64,000 bases of DNA from Bigelowiella natans CCMP2755 (Eukaryota; Protista; Cercozoa): NCBI GenBank assembly GCA_000320545.1, contig ADNK01001280.1, positions 1 through 64,000 of the forward strand. The letters are read 5' to 3'. Within the stretch, counting starts at the first letter, position 1, and the number at the start of each line of letters is the position of its first letter. This document shows, in pieces, positions 41,002 to 53,889 of this stretch. A model generated the notes under the pieces. The model was not told the DNA's origin, ran no database searches, and saw only the letters and a program-made list of their open reading frames with translations. The translations under genes were made by a program, and so were the position numbers.

Positions 41002-41645
41002 TGAGAATACAGGCGCCGAGACTTCGCCAACAGAAACACCTAGAGTACATTGTCGGGGGGCGGGAAAGAGGTAGTGGGTTATGTATCATCAAGCGCATTC
41101 GACCACGGGCATGAAATATTCTCCCTTCATCTCCTAGAATCATGATCGTCATCGTCTTCATCAATCAGACCTCTGTTCTTCTTCTTCTACTACTACTTTA
41201 CTACTACCATTACTACTGCTAAGAGTACTACTACTACTTCTACGAGAACTTGTGCTTGTAGTTCTTCTTCCTCTTCTCAGTTGAGATTTGAATTCCGATA
41301 ATAATAATCCGTTAGAACTACTACTACTACTACTACTACTACTACAACTACTTCTACCTCACTACTCTCCTCTCTCAATGGATCCTGGTTCCGAACGAAG
41401 AATTCAATTGAGGAAGATAGGTCTAATACATGTAGCATAAACTCCGAGAAAGAGACATATTTTTTGGTAAATTTTAAATATAGCACATGTTTGCAAGTCT
41501 TTTGTTCAAATTGTAGGCCAATTATAGATAAAATAGTTTGGCAATAGAACCCTTTGTCGCATTGCTACCAGGCGAAAGTACGCACACCAGTAGTAGTAAC
41601 AGGGGCGCAGCTCTGAGGTTGTTTGTTTAAGCTCGGCTTTCAATC

Positions 41646-42269
41646 ATGGGCCGCGTACACCTGCGCTTCCAAAGATGGGGTCGAAAAAGGCGTGCCTTTT
41701 ATAGGTTGGTTGCCGCAAATCCGACCAAGAAAAGGGATGGAAAATACATCGAACTTCTTGGGACATACAACCCCATCCTTCAAAAAGATGGCAAGAAGAT
41801 AGCAAGGCTGGAAGTCCTGGTTGGTATTCTTTAGAAATTTTTTCCTGTCCATTTGCTTCATCAAGTTGCAAACAATTAAGAACACAGCAGATAACTCTTT
41901 GTTCGTACATGTCAGAGAATCAAATATTGGCTTTCAGTTGGAGCTCAGCCCACTGGTGCAGCTGCCCAGCTCCTTTCAGATGCGGGACTCATTCCAGAGC
42001 TTCCTCGTCGAACAAATTTAAAAAAGAAACATATTGTAAAAGCCCAAGAAAACGGTTTGGATGGGGACATTCTAGATATGGTTCTGGGAGATGGGACAAA
42101 AGGCAGCCACATTGATACAACAGGATATGTTGTTGTGGATGAATCCGTAATCAAGAAAGCTGAAGAAGACCAGGATCGATATGAAATGAAGGATAATGAA
42201 GCTGCTATGGCTATTGATTCATCAGATCTACCGTTTGACAAATATGAACCCACAGAGGAAAAGTCTTAG
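41646..42269 (+). CDS. rps16: Mitochondrial-type ribosomal protein S16 (bS16), two exons, acidic C-terminal extension
   Basis: MGRVHLRFQRWGRKRRAFYRLVAA...RDGKYIELLGTYNP; intron ~41820-41915; RIKYWLSVGAQP. Confidence 0.92.
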
Positions 42270-42479
42270 GTAAAGTACATATTCAACTTGAAACATCTAT
42301 CTCCCAAAATAATGGGGCTAAAGTAGAGTGACAGGCTATTAAAAAGTATTATTTTCAACTATGGTTGGAAGTACAAGAAACTGTTTGCCGTCGCGACTGC
42401 TATAATGGTTTCATGAACATGAGACACCGCCGATTGGTTCTTGATGTAGATCGTACACTAGGCTTGTATGATTGATGTT

Positions 42480-42573
42480 GCCGTAACGTCAGTCACGTAG
42501 TCTGGCGGCGATGATTCTGATGGGCTTAAGTAACACATGTCACATCTCCTTCGCTTGAAGATGCCAGTGCGAT

Positions 42574-42609
<36 letters not shown>

Positions 42610-44300
42610 GCGAAACGTAGAAGCTACATAGGAGACTACTTGAAGATTATGTGTAGGACGCATGCCATACGTTGGCTACCTAGCTACGGCGAGCTAGCTT
42701 CATCACCTGGCATGTGTGAGATTGACATTGATCAAGCCACATCTGATAGCAGCATGATTGGCATATCTGGACTAGCTAGTGGAGCACAATGAGCAGCCCA
42801 TCTGCTAGCCCTACTGCCTACTAGCCTAGCTACTAGCCTAGCAGCAGATAGCTAGATGTAGACCTAGAGACGGCAATTGCGACGTGGCCGCGCGCCTCGC
42901 TCAGCTAGCAGCATTGTCATTGCGTCGTACGCACGACTGCGCGATGCAGCATCTAGCATCGTGATTGCACAAATCTGTCTGGAGCTATGACTGCATGCAC
43001 AGTGCCGCAGCTTTCTCTCCAGTACGTCATCATGTGCGTCAGAGCGCGTAGTGAAACACATCATGCACAGTCGAGGGTGCCTTCATTTGGTCATGCAGCG
43101 CTAGAGCGTGGACAAGTGAACACATCTCCATCTCTAGATCTAGCCATGCTAGCATGCACAACGAGCGTCCGACGTCCTGGATGTTGATGTTGACACTAGG
43201 ACAGTCTAGCAGCAGCACGACGCATCTTACGCAGGCCACGATGCAGCCACGGCCACCACAGCCAGGCTAGCAGGCCCGGCTAGCCGGGCGTGATCTGCAA
43301 TCCCGGATTTTCGTTGCAAAATCCATTTTGCGATAATAGACACAGCAATACACTATATATATTATATATATTGTGTATATTGTGTATTGCATGTCTATCA
43401 TTGCGCGCGCATGCGTTCAAATTGCTTTCACATGCACATTGTGTCTGAACGCGATGTCGGTCATGCATGGGACCTTTTCGTTGCAAATTCCATGGTCATG
43501 CACGAAACGAATTGCGTTCAAATTTTTGTGACACCTCTCGGTTTTGTTTCCACATTTGTTCAACATTGGCACGAAATTCGTCCTTTCAATGTACGTCAAA
43601 ACCTCAAAAAACCATGTTTTGACCACATTGTGTCGAAAATGTGGATTTTTGCAGCCCACAACCCACTTGTCACGTGTTTGTGGTCACATGCACGCGCTGT
43701 GCTGCGCTTGCTAGTCGCCTGCGAGCTCGCATTTGCAAATTCGGACATCCTGATCACGCCAGGCGGGCCTGGCTGTCTAGCTGTGGTGGCCGTGAGCGCT
43801 GTGACATTGAATCTGTTTGCACACTGTTGGTCAAACTTCCGCTGTGATGTGTTTCATGTGCAATCAAGCACATCTTGTTTCAAGTCTGAAATGTCATGCA
43901 CGCGTTGTTTCGCGCAGCAGTTCGGCGTGTTTCCGCAAAACTTCCTTCTCATCACAACATGCATGTCAATGATCTTTTTAGCTTTTCATTTCGTCGTCGT
44001 GCGCATCACTGCAGCGGTGAGCTGGTTCCTCAAGTGACGTTGATGTGTGGTGTGCAGTCAATTGTGGGCAGCAAAGCAGGTGATCCACGTTTTCGATGAC
44101 GTTACACACGTCGCATCGTGCTTTAGCTAGTGCAGGGTCAGTCTAGCAGTGCACAGTCATGTACTTATGTGATTTAAATGACAATCTATCTGCTACACTA
44201 CGGCCCTAGATTGCTACCACATCATAGTCATGCATACATTCCACAAAAAGAAGTGATAATCAAATCGCCTTGCGCCTTGCGCGCACGGTGTCAATGGGTA
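42480..44300. other. TpA-depleted, CTAG-rich spacer between convergent genes
   Basis: About 13 CTAG in 42670-42960; 43400-44100 is nearly devoid of TpA outside CTAG. Confidence 0.8.
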
Positions 44301-44473
44301 CATGGCTATTTTTTAAATTGTGACACCAATCGATAACATATTCAATGAAAGTAATTCATTTGTGCGAAAACAATCGTAAATTGTCCACAATTTAAATCTG
44401 CAATGTAGCAATATGTCTTGATAATTCCTGGTTTAGGTAGTCATTTTCTCCGTCATTTTGTGAGAAGTGATGC

Positions 44474-45147
44474 TCATGCAGATTGCGGTGCTGCCTCGGG
44501 GGAATATAAACCATTTTCGATTAGGAGTTTCTTCCTCCAGGTTGCAATTCGAGACTTTTGTCTCGCACCAGTGTTCTTCTTCATCACACCTTTTGTAATT
44601 GCCTTATCGATTTCCTTGTAAGCCTCAGACATAAGTTTATCAGATGCTTGAAGATCAGCCTCGTTAGAAATTCCTCCTTTCTTAGCTTCGTCGATCGCTC
44701 GTAGGGCCTAATATGCAAAGATCGCAACATAAATTTGATTTTATATTTGAAATACACAAATTTTATATCTTCAATAATAATTGCTGTAGTTTATACCTTT
44801 TTCGTCCTTGTTTTCACAGCTGATTTGATTGCTTTATTGTAAATCCTATGTCTTTCACCCTGTCGGTCCCTTTTTCGGAGCTTTGCTTCTGGTACCCAAA
44901 CCATTTGTCTAGTGCTCGTTTGCAAAAATGGTGAAATAGCAATAGGTTGTGCAAAGGACGCACTGTTTGCTCGCCCTGTCAAGCCTAACGAGAGGGATTC
45001 AGACTCTGCAAAAGCTCCTGTAACCCCCCTGTAGCACAAGACCAATCCCAGCATTACGATGGCACCCATACAAAACTCCTTCAGGAAAGCAATCCGAGTT
45101 TCGGACCGCCGGGAAGCTGCCTTATCAATAATTTGAGAAACCTCCAT
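44474..45147 (-). CDS. rps20: Plastid ribosomal protein S20 with bipartite (signal + transit peptide) leader, two exons
   Basis: KRDRQGERHRIYNKAIKSAVKTRTKK|ALRAID...SEAYKEIDKAITKGVMKKNTGARQKSR...LLIENGLYSP; ~85-aa leader with hydrophobic core CMGAIVMLGLVLCY. Confidence 0.9.
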
Positions 45148-46057
45148 GTCCTCTTCTGAATTTTAGGTGGTACATCGTGATAATTCATACGAAATTCATA
45201 CATACTACCCCCCTTTATAGAGTACGCGCAAGATCGTTTGGCACGATGAGGAACAACAGCCAAAATATGTATGAAACAGCATGTTGATATTGACTCATAT
45301 AGTGTACGTATTTCCTTCACTTTGATCAAATCAAAGGGGGAGAGGAATTGGGCGAGACCACGTGCGCAGAGGCTAGACACCATACCTTGCAGCTTGGGCT
45401 GTTAAGATTTATGAAACACCAAAGTAAAACAAATAAGTATTAAATTTACTATATTTTATCACCAGTGTCGACCTTATTGATGTCGTAATGGTTTATTTCC
45501 CCAATACCTTCTGAGGATTAAAAGACAAATGAAAGGAATGTTGAGCCGAAATAATAAACTTCTTACAGCCGATTGTCTTTGCCGGGTAATAACAAAAAAC
45601 TCCCGGTACAGATGACCACATCCTCGGATTTAAAACATTGGGGTTTTATTCGAATAGTTTGTTGATTTAGTCTGGAAAAAGATAAAATGTAGGATGAAAT
45701 GCAAAATATGTAAAGCGGGGAAGGGTTTGCACTTACGACTCAGATTGTATGTGCTCAACAATGATGTTAATAAAGAGCAGTTATTTATTTATTGCAAGTA
45801 TTTTGAAGTCGTACATATAGATTATAATACTTTTTTAATTACTTGAGCAAACTGAAAGAATATTTAGTTCGTACTTATCGGACCAAATGGCAACAGCTCG
45901 CAACCTCGCCATGTAAGATCGATGAGAAAAAGCTTGTGTTTAAGCTGGAAATAACGAATGGAAGTAATTATTATAATCGCCCGCTAGGTCTAAGTGACAC
46001 TATTCCCCACAACACACGGATCGAGAGCCTGTTACGGAAGAAATTATATCGAGACCC

Positions 46058-47322
46058 ATGCCTTCGAACACATGCATAGAAGTCATCAGTTTGCTTGAAG
46101 ATTCTCCTCAACGCTTCAAAAAGCGTAAGCGAAACCTGAAGGAAGAAAAATCGGCACTGCACGACATTGGGACGAATCACATGGACGAAACTGAGCGAAC
46201 TGGGTCCAAATTTAGTTCAATTTCTTCCTCAAGTTTCAAGGAAGCACGAAAATTTTCGATGGCAAACTCCTCCTCGGGCTCCAATTTTGAATCGGATACT
46301 TACGGCAAACTCGATACTGATCTTTCGAGTATGCTTGGTAAAATGAAAGCACAAAAGATGCGACAGGGTATCAGGGAAAGAATTGAAGCGAAGTATGGAA
46401 CTGGGTACAGTAAATATCTAATTCACCATCCTATTCGACCCTTACATTTGATTCTGAAACAATTTTTTTGTATAGAAGAAGTCGCGAGAAGATGGAAGAG
46501 TTAAGCTGTGAGCAATGTCGCTGCGCATTAGAGCAGTGCTATGAGAATTTAGATGATGAAGTTGCAAAATTGACGAATCAACTTCAAAATTCGTTTATAC
46601 CTGAGAAAGAATTGGATCAGAAACGAATCCAACTTATAGAAGAGCAACACAGAATCTACGAGGCGTTTGCAATTGATGCGAGATTAAAGGAGTTAGCGAG
46701 GTCTTGTAAACTTAAATTGAACCTCCGCAGTATGGACTCGTCATTCTCTTTAAATTGATATCAGGTACTGGAAAAAATTCGTGAATATTGTTGAGGAAAG
46801 TTTTGGCGATCTAAAAATCATGTCATTTGAGACTTCCACAAGGGTAATTTGTTTTTTGCGTGAGTTTCCGGCGTATAATTTCTCCTTTACTCAAATTCAT
46901 AGATGGCAAGGCAAAGAATGAAGACAATGAATAACGAAATTGAAAGTCTCAAGTTCATAATCGATCAGCTGAAACAAGACCTGAAACGTAGAGATACGGA
47001 GGAGAAGGTTGATTACACATATCAAATGAACCTCAGAAGTTGAATGTACAATTTGTTTTCAAAGTCTCTTGGAAATCGTCTGGTTGAAATTCGGAGCAAA
47101 CAAAATGAAATCGGAAAAAAGGCGGCGAAAGTTTCCATTTCAGACGGTGCAGAGGAGGAAGAGTGCAGGATTTGCGTGGATAACCCAAAGAATACGGCTT
47201 TGTCATGTGGGCACAAAATGTGTCGAAATTGTTTAAGAAGCCTTCATTTAAGAAACATAAGCACCTGTCCATTCTGCCAAGCAGAGATCGAGTTTACCAT
47301 TTTCCTTAAGGATGTTATCTAA
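46058..47322 (+). CDS. Coiled-coil protein with C-terminal C3HC4 RING finger (putative E3 ligase), multi-exon
   Basis: CRICVDNPKNTALSCGHKMCRNC...CPFC at the C-terminus; upstream charged helical exons. Confidence 0.8.
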
Positions 47323-47599
47323 TGAATACATGTTATTTGAATACAAAATAAACAACAAAATTTTGAGCGTTGAGTGCAACCTACCCGCCTTCTCGGGCCG
47401 AATACACATAAGATAGGACACATTACAAGAACATATTTGTAGTAAGCTAATCTGTATACATCGCGTTTAGTCGCACGGTTTTCTCTAGGGGGTGCTGAGT
47501 CACATGGCGTATTGAACAAGCTGCTGCTAAAATTAAGGTTGTAGCGGCATGAGCATTTCAAAACAAATCCGTTTCTAGTTTTTTATTTTCACAGCCTCT

Positions 47600-48340
47600 A
47601 ATGCAGCATCGCATGTAATATGCCGGACTACTATACGATATTAGTATATATTAGCGTATACGCAACGCGATGCAACACGAGCTAGAATGATTGACTGCAA
47701 AGTTCGGCGTTCTAGCTTTATTGGGGTTGTGTTCTCCCAAGCAAATTACGCAGCAGTGGGCATTGCAATACAGCTAGACAGGATACGCATGCATGCATGA
47801 TTCATTGACTGTTAGCTATGCCGGTATGCGTCGCGCTAGTATCTAGCTAGCTAGATAGACAATACGTATTTGTAATATATATGTGCAAAATCTTATACTA
47901 GAATGAATAGATATGTCACCATGGTCGAATGATGACATAATGATGATGATATCAGATAAGCGCTTGTATTGCATCTCATGTACGATGTTAGCACACCAAT
48001 TTGCTGAAATGTAATCGTTCATGCGTACGACTGCTGTGGCGGCGCGCAGATTTACTTAAATGTGCATCATGACATGCACAGCCACACTTGCTAGCTTCTG
48101 AGCGAGCATGCGTGTGGACACATTCATCCGCAAACTTGACATCTTGACATGCGTCATTGTGACACACTAGCACATGTAGATGTGTGGCTAGCTAGCGTAG
48201 CACATGCCACATCACAAGGCTACACGCAGTCCGTGCACTCCTTGCTAGACTAGAGTAGGCTCTAGTACGTGCATAGGCGCAAACACACACAGGCTCTAGT
48301 CTAGATTAGTTACTCACACACAAACTTTAAGACTGCAATA
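47600..48340. other. TpA-reduced, CTAG/CATG-rich spacer between convergent genes
   Basis: gctagtatctagctagctagatag, gcatgcatgcatg, gctagctagc, ctagactag, ctagtctag. Confidence 0.7.
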
Positions 48341-48483
48341 TATATTATGGGTAATTTCGAAGAGCAGTAGCGGCAGTTACCTATCGCTACGATGAGTGTC
48401 GTACGTCTACGCCGGAGCATCAATGTACGACGACGACGGTGATGACGAAAATGTCAAAGTTTACATCGATCGTTCATAATCCA

Positions 48484-49147
48484 TTATGACGTGATATCTG
48501 GTTTCATGTATACAGCTAAAGATGAAAGACCGAATAAAGCTTGGTCTGTACGTAAATTTGACCCAAATGTCACTTTCATCGAAGGACTGGAGTGAGGTAT
48601 TGTTACATCGATTGGCACCGAAAATTTGGAATCTGGATATCGAACTTTACCACAAATGTTCATCAATTGGTTACTATTTCGCTCTGTGTGAGACTGAGTC
48701 CACACTATGCTGCCATCCACCTGAAGATGAATATTACATGACTTTATTGCATGACATTTCATCTTGAAAGCTTTTGTTATAGAAGTTTATATCTGTGCAG
48801 TATTGCCAGTACCAAATCCTGTCGCTGCTTCGGCTTGATAATAGCTATCGTTATGTACATCGTAGTACTAGGAGGAGGAGTAGTGTACCTTAAGATAAGC
48901 TGTTTCTCCTTGCCAATCGTCTACAAAATGGACTGTAGCAACTAGTCGAATCTGGTAGCAATAAGGGAAGAGATATGGAGGAGATGAAGAAATGGAGGGG
49001 AAGAAACATTTCCAACATAGCTTTCAGAGATAGAAAGAGAAATAATATTAATTACTTTGCTTCTAGCAAAATAAGCCAAATCATATTTATGTAATTATCT
49101 TTCAATATATACATGTCCATGACACAAACACACACAAACACACGAAC

Positions 49148-49190
<43 letters not shown>

Positions 49191-49422
49191 TGATTGTATA
49201 CACACGAGATCATTAGGATAATATTTTAGTTGTAGGAAACAATACCATTTCATGGTGCCTAGGAATAGCAAATGTCCTGCTAAATGTGAGGTCATCTTCT
49301 CGATGCTGAAGCGAGAACTCTTCTTCTTCATCATCTTCCGATTTAACAGTCGGATATTTCGTTAAGATCGTTACACCCCCGCACGACATGTGATGATTGA
49401 GAGACCAACCAGTTGGCTAGCA

Positions 49423-49455
<33 letters not shown>

Positions 49456-50650
49456 TGAAGAGAAAAGAAAAAGAGAAATCCTGGAACTGAGCGAGCGATT
49501 TGAGATTATGACTAGGCAATCGATGGTGGAAAATAAGTTCTTTGTACCAATCTTCTAATTAATGTGTGGGTTTTTGTGACCACTTTCTTACCTGGCTAGG
49601 TGTGAATATTTCATGAGCAAGCAAAGCCCATTGGGGCACGCCTCTCACCTCCCAGCTTGAGACAGACATACCCTAAGCGTGGAGGACATTGTTGTTCGTA
49701 CACTCACTTTATGCGAATTTAAGATTAAAACTCTATCATCTTGTTCAATTGCATTATTTACACCTGCGCAGAAAATCTCGAAGAGTGTATCATTATGTGT
49801 CCAAGGCGGTCAACGTCTAAGAGATTCTGTTTGTATAGAAATGGGTAAGAAAGTTTAGTGACCCTCTTTTATCATTATGTACTCAAACTCTTATTCTATG
49901 TTGACCTTTTCATCTAGAAGAATCTCAAATTTTCCACTCGGAGAGACACCAATGCTGTACACAGAAGATCCAGCTCCCAGTCGGACTTGTGCGGACTGCC
50001 CATTCAACGCCTGCAGGCTTAGCTTCGAAGACATGTGGGGGGGAGGATGAGAAGACGGAGGATGATCCTCTGGAGATGGAGATGCAAAGCGCTTATGGTA
50101 GTATTGAGAATTATCAAGATGATGGTGGGTATCACTACTAATTCTACTACGGTATTTCCCATCCTCATTGTCATTTTGTTCGTCGTCATCACCGTTCAAC
50201 CAAGACGTTGCATGAGCATGTGGAAATTTTCCGCTGTGAAACTGAGGATCAAGTACTGGAGTGCTGCTATGAATAGTGTCACTACGATCGTTTTTCAAGC
50301 TATTTGCAATGTTATTGTCGGGAACCCCATATGAACGTGCAAGTGGAGATTTGCTAGGATGAGAAGCATTATGGAATGGGATATCATCGGAATCGTGCAC
50401 ATTCTCCCGCTTCTGCTGCTGTTGCCCATCTGCCGATCAGAACCCATTTTAGAAGGGGGTCATAGAAAGGAGGGAGGGAGGGAGGGAGGGAGGGAGGGAG
50501 GAAGAGCGGGGGGGGATGGGGGCATTCAAGGTCACCTGCTGATTCTTCTTCTCCAAGGTGAGTGGCTGCTGTAGTAGCAACCACCACACCTAGGAGGTAG
50601 ATCCATACAAAGATGAAGACGGCCTTACTTTTCTGATGATGCACCATCAT
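48484..50650 (-). CDS. Uncharacterised secreted protein with a beta-rich C-terminal domain, multi-exon
   Basis: Signal peptide AVFIFVWIYLLGVVVA; exons GVPQWALLAHEIF, HFVDDWQGETAYLK, VDGSIVWTQ...NICG...PDSKFSVPIDVTIPH...FGS. Confidence 0.65.
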
Positions 50651-51026
50651 TGTTCATTGAGCAGTCATTCCAGCGAATTATTGGTCTATTCGTGATAATA
50701 TCTATCCTTCCAAAGGCTTCTGCTTGAGTCGATCGGTGTCTTCTTATTCTTATTCTTCTCCTTGTTCTTCTTCTTCTTTGTGTACTATCCTAAGTCAGTC
50801 AATGGTGTGTCTCGTCCCTTATCCTATTCCTCTGCTTCGGCTGATACTGCTGCCACCACTACTCAGCAGATTTGAATTTTTGAAACCAGATGATGATGAG
50901 GATGGTGACTACCGGTAGTATCATCTTTTGTTATGGTAATTCCTGATATTTCACCATTGCGACAACTACGTCTATTGTCGCAGTCGATGTCAGTTTCATA
51001 TTAAGGTCTGCGAGTAGATTTTTCTA

Positions 51027-51232
51027 AAGAATTTGGATCATTCGATGTTTTATCCTCCTTCTCCTCTAGTTGTTTTTGGATGAATTTTTAAACTGAATAA
51101 CATGCATGCATCTCAATTTACTCCTAACTAAGAATTTGGATCATTCGATGTTTTATCCTCCTTCTCCTCTAGTTGTTTTTGGATGAATTTTTAAACTAAA
51201 TAACAGGTATGCATCCCAGTTAACTCCAAACT
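51027..51232. repeat. ~103-bp tandem duplication in a divergent promoter region
   Basis: aagaatttggatcattcgatgttttatcctccttctcctctagttgtttttggatgaatttttaaact... starts at 51027 and again at 51130. Confidence 0.9.
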
Positions 51233-51414
51233 AATAAAACGACGACGACGACGACGACGACGCCCATTGGCAGGAGCAGCAGCAGTTCGTAGCAGCAGTT
51301 GATAATAATCGATAATCTACTGCTTCGTCTACTACGTACGTGTGTTGCTTCGTGAGGACAAGGAAAAGGAAAACTCCATTCTTGAAGCAGTATTCTGTAT
51401 TCTGGAGACAGAAC

Positions 51415-52875
51415 ATGGCAGCAAGAACCATAGCAGAAGTCGGAATTAACCGGCAATTGATCTCTGCTTCCCATTCTCCTTACTCTATGCTTGCTTCTCA
51501 ACGCTCGAGCAGGGGGCTTAAATACCAAGCTCATCGTTATCATCGTCGGTTTTTCACTCGAAGAACAGTCCGTTCGATACCTGGAAGTAGTAATAAACAG
51601 TGGATAGTGACAGCAGGAATGATATGTTCGGCGCTGACCACTGCTACTCTAGCCAATGGATGGACATTGGGAAAGATAGGATCGCAGCATCTACTCCTAC
51701 ACCCATTCGCTGAACTTAAGGCACATGCTTCCCGATCTACTGATGATTGCGGTTTAAATACTAGCCAAACTCCGAAAAAAATTGTCCTCGCATCACAATC
51801 TCCACGAAGGTATTTATTTATCTTGGTTAAACTTGTGGGGTTGCAGTTAGGAACTAAGCCTTGTCTTGGTGAAATAGGCGTGAACTGTTATCTGCTTTAG
51901 GATTTGACTTTGAAGTTCGCTCCCAGGTGAAAAACACCAGCCAACAGCCATGAATCTAATTGAAGCTACAAATCTTGAAGTGGAGTGTATGGACATGATG
52001 TTAGAATGTAGACGAGACTGTAGATCCTGGATTTCCTGCTCGGGAAGTTGCTCTCCACCTTGCGCGAAAGAAGGCCGCGGCAGCTGTTCCGAATGTGTGT
52101 GGTCGAAATATCGTCAAGGACTAATACCCCAATACAAAATTTTATAAATCCTTTTTTTGCTTTGTAGTTGCGCCCTGGGGAAATCATTGTAGCTGCCGAC
52201 ACTATTGTTCTCTTAGATGTGCGTCACTTTAAAAGCTCTTCATAAGAAGGAGTGCATATGAAATTTAAACACTATTTCTCAGAATAAAGTTTTGGGCAAA
52301 CCAACTGACCGAGCTGATGCGATTTCAACTCTAATGAAGTTGTCAGGTGTGTTCGATGCAACCAGATATCAGTGTTGCTTATTTACGGGAAATATTTTAC
52401 CGTGATATGCTTACTGATCAACAGGCAGATCTCATGAAGTCGTCACCGGAGTATGCGTGACAGATGAACATGGAAAATCCGAAGCGTTTGAAGACGTTGC
52501 ACTTGTTACATTTAGAAATCTTCAAAAGGTATCTTTTCCCATTGAGTTGAGTGATGAAGAGTACGTATTGATGAGCATTATTCTTCATAATTTCAGTGGG
52601 AGATTGAGCACTACGTAGACAACTACAAGCCCTTCGACAAAGCGGGTATTAGACTCATGTTCATACGTGCTCAAGATTTTTTTTGATCGCTTGATACTTT
52701 GTCTATGCTAGGGTCATATGGAATTCAAGATTGGATAGGAATGGCAGCAGTCACCCAGTTAAATGGATCTTACTTCACGGTGATGGGTCTTCCAGTTCAC
52801 AAACTTTATCAGGTACTGACTCATAATTTTAGTGTCCCGATGATTATTACAAATATTAAGAAAAATGATGAGTAG
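51415..52875 (+). CDS. maf: Maf/YhdE-family nucleoside triphosphate pyrophosphatase with N-terminal targeting-like extension, multi-exon
   Basis: IVLASQSPRR, IVAADTIV, KVLGKP, HEVVTGV, PFDKAGSYGIQDWIG, GSYFTVMGLP. Confidence 0.9.
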
Positions 52876-53039
52876 AAGACTTGCCTTACTACTAAAAGCG
52901 GATTCTGAAGTCACATAGCTTCATGCTTGAGTTTGTGGCGGCTACGATGCTTCCACCAGCAATTAGTTAAGATCTTTAGCTATGGTAGCTGTGTGATTGA
53001 CACAAAAGCAAATATGTGTTTCAGTTTCGATCTCGTCAT

Positions 53040-53640
53040 TTTTTCTAGTTTTCTCGTACATGGTCGTGTATGTGCACCGCACATCACTATGGTGATACGC
53101 TAGCACATGTAGCTATATATATAGCGCCACATGCGATGTACGTGCTTGCGTGGCTAGCTGCTGTGCGGGTTAATAAGTGTATGTATCTTCTATAATGCAA
53201 TAATGTTTTGCCCACCCGCGCTATTAAGCTATGTATGTTTTGAATTCGCGTAGCAGCATATTGGTATCGTGCTTGCATTGTGGCTAGGACCGCGCACACT
53301 ACTAGCAGGGCGGCCACGTGCGTGCCAACATATAAACAACGTAACGCTATAGCACTTATATAGGTGTGTCGCACAGCCGCATGCAAACATCGCGCGCGCA
53401 GGACTAGCTAGCTAGAGGAGTGCGTGCATGGCCCGTCGTCGTGGTGACCGTCTCGTTGCTCACGCCTACTAATATGTACTAGTAGTATATACTGCTTATA
53501 CTGCTGCATGTAATGTGCCAATAATGGATGGATCGGAGTAACCTGCTAGCTACATAGTCAAGTCATGGCGATGATGCGTTCGATACGATGTGCTAATTAG
53601 CTAGGCTACATGTGTAAGTAGCGCGGGCTTAATAAAGAGC
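53040..53640. other. CTAG/CATG-enriched spacer between convergent genes (weaker TpA loss)
   Basis: ggactagctagctagagg, gctagctac, tagctaggc, gcgcgcgc. Confidence 0.55.
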
Positions 53641-53889
53641 TATGCCTTTAAATGATCGTATCGTAAAGTGCAGCATGCAACTCCATTCGATGAAATAATG
53701 CAGGAATGTCAAGAAGCACAGATGCGCGCTCGCCTGTCTGCCGTCGGCGGACAGTTATATATGAAGTCGTATCTCTTAGATGTTGTTGCAATTTTTCGTT
53801 TTAATTCAGTCAACTTCAATGACATCCACATTCAAACTGGGGATTGTATTTCTAAGTCACTTTCCCTACAATGACTCGAGGCATCTTAA

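Noticed and set aside
43290-44100. Homology to the 35.3-35.9 kb tract as one DNA-transposon family
   Set aside because: Only compositional similarity is visible; I found no alignable segment or matching terminal inverted repeats by eye.
41646-45147. rps16 and rps20 as an organellar DNA insertion or operon remnant
   Set aside because: Both have spliceosomal introns, are convergent and appear to serve different organelles; adjacency is probably coincidental.
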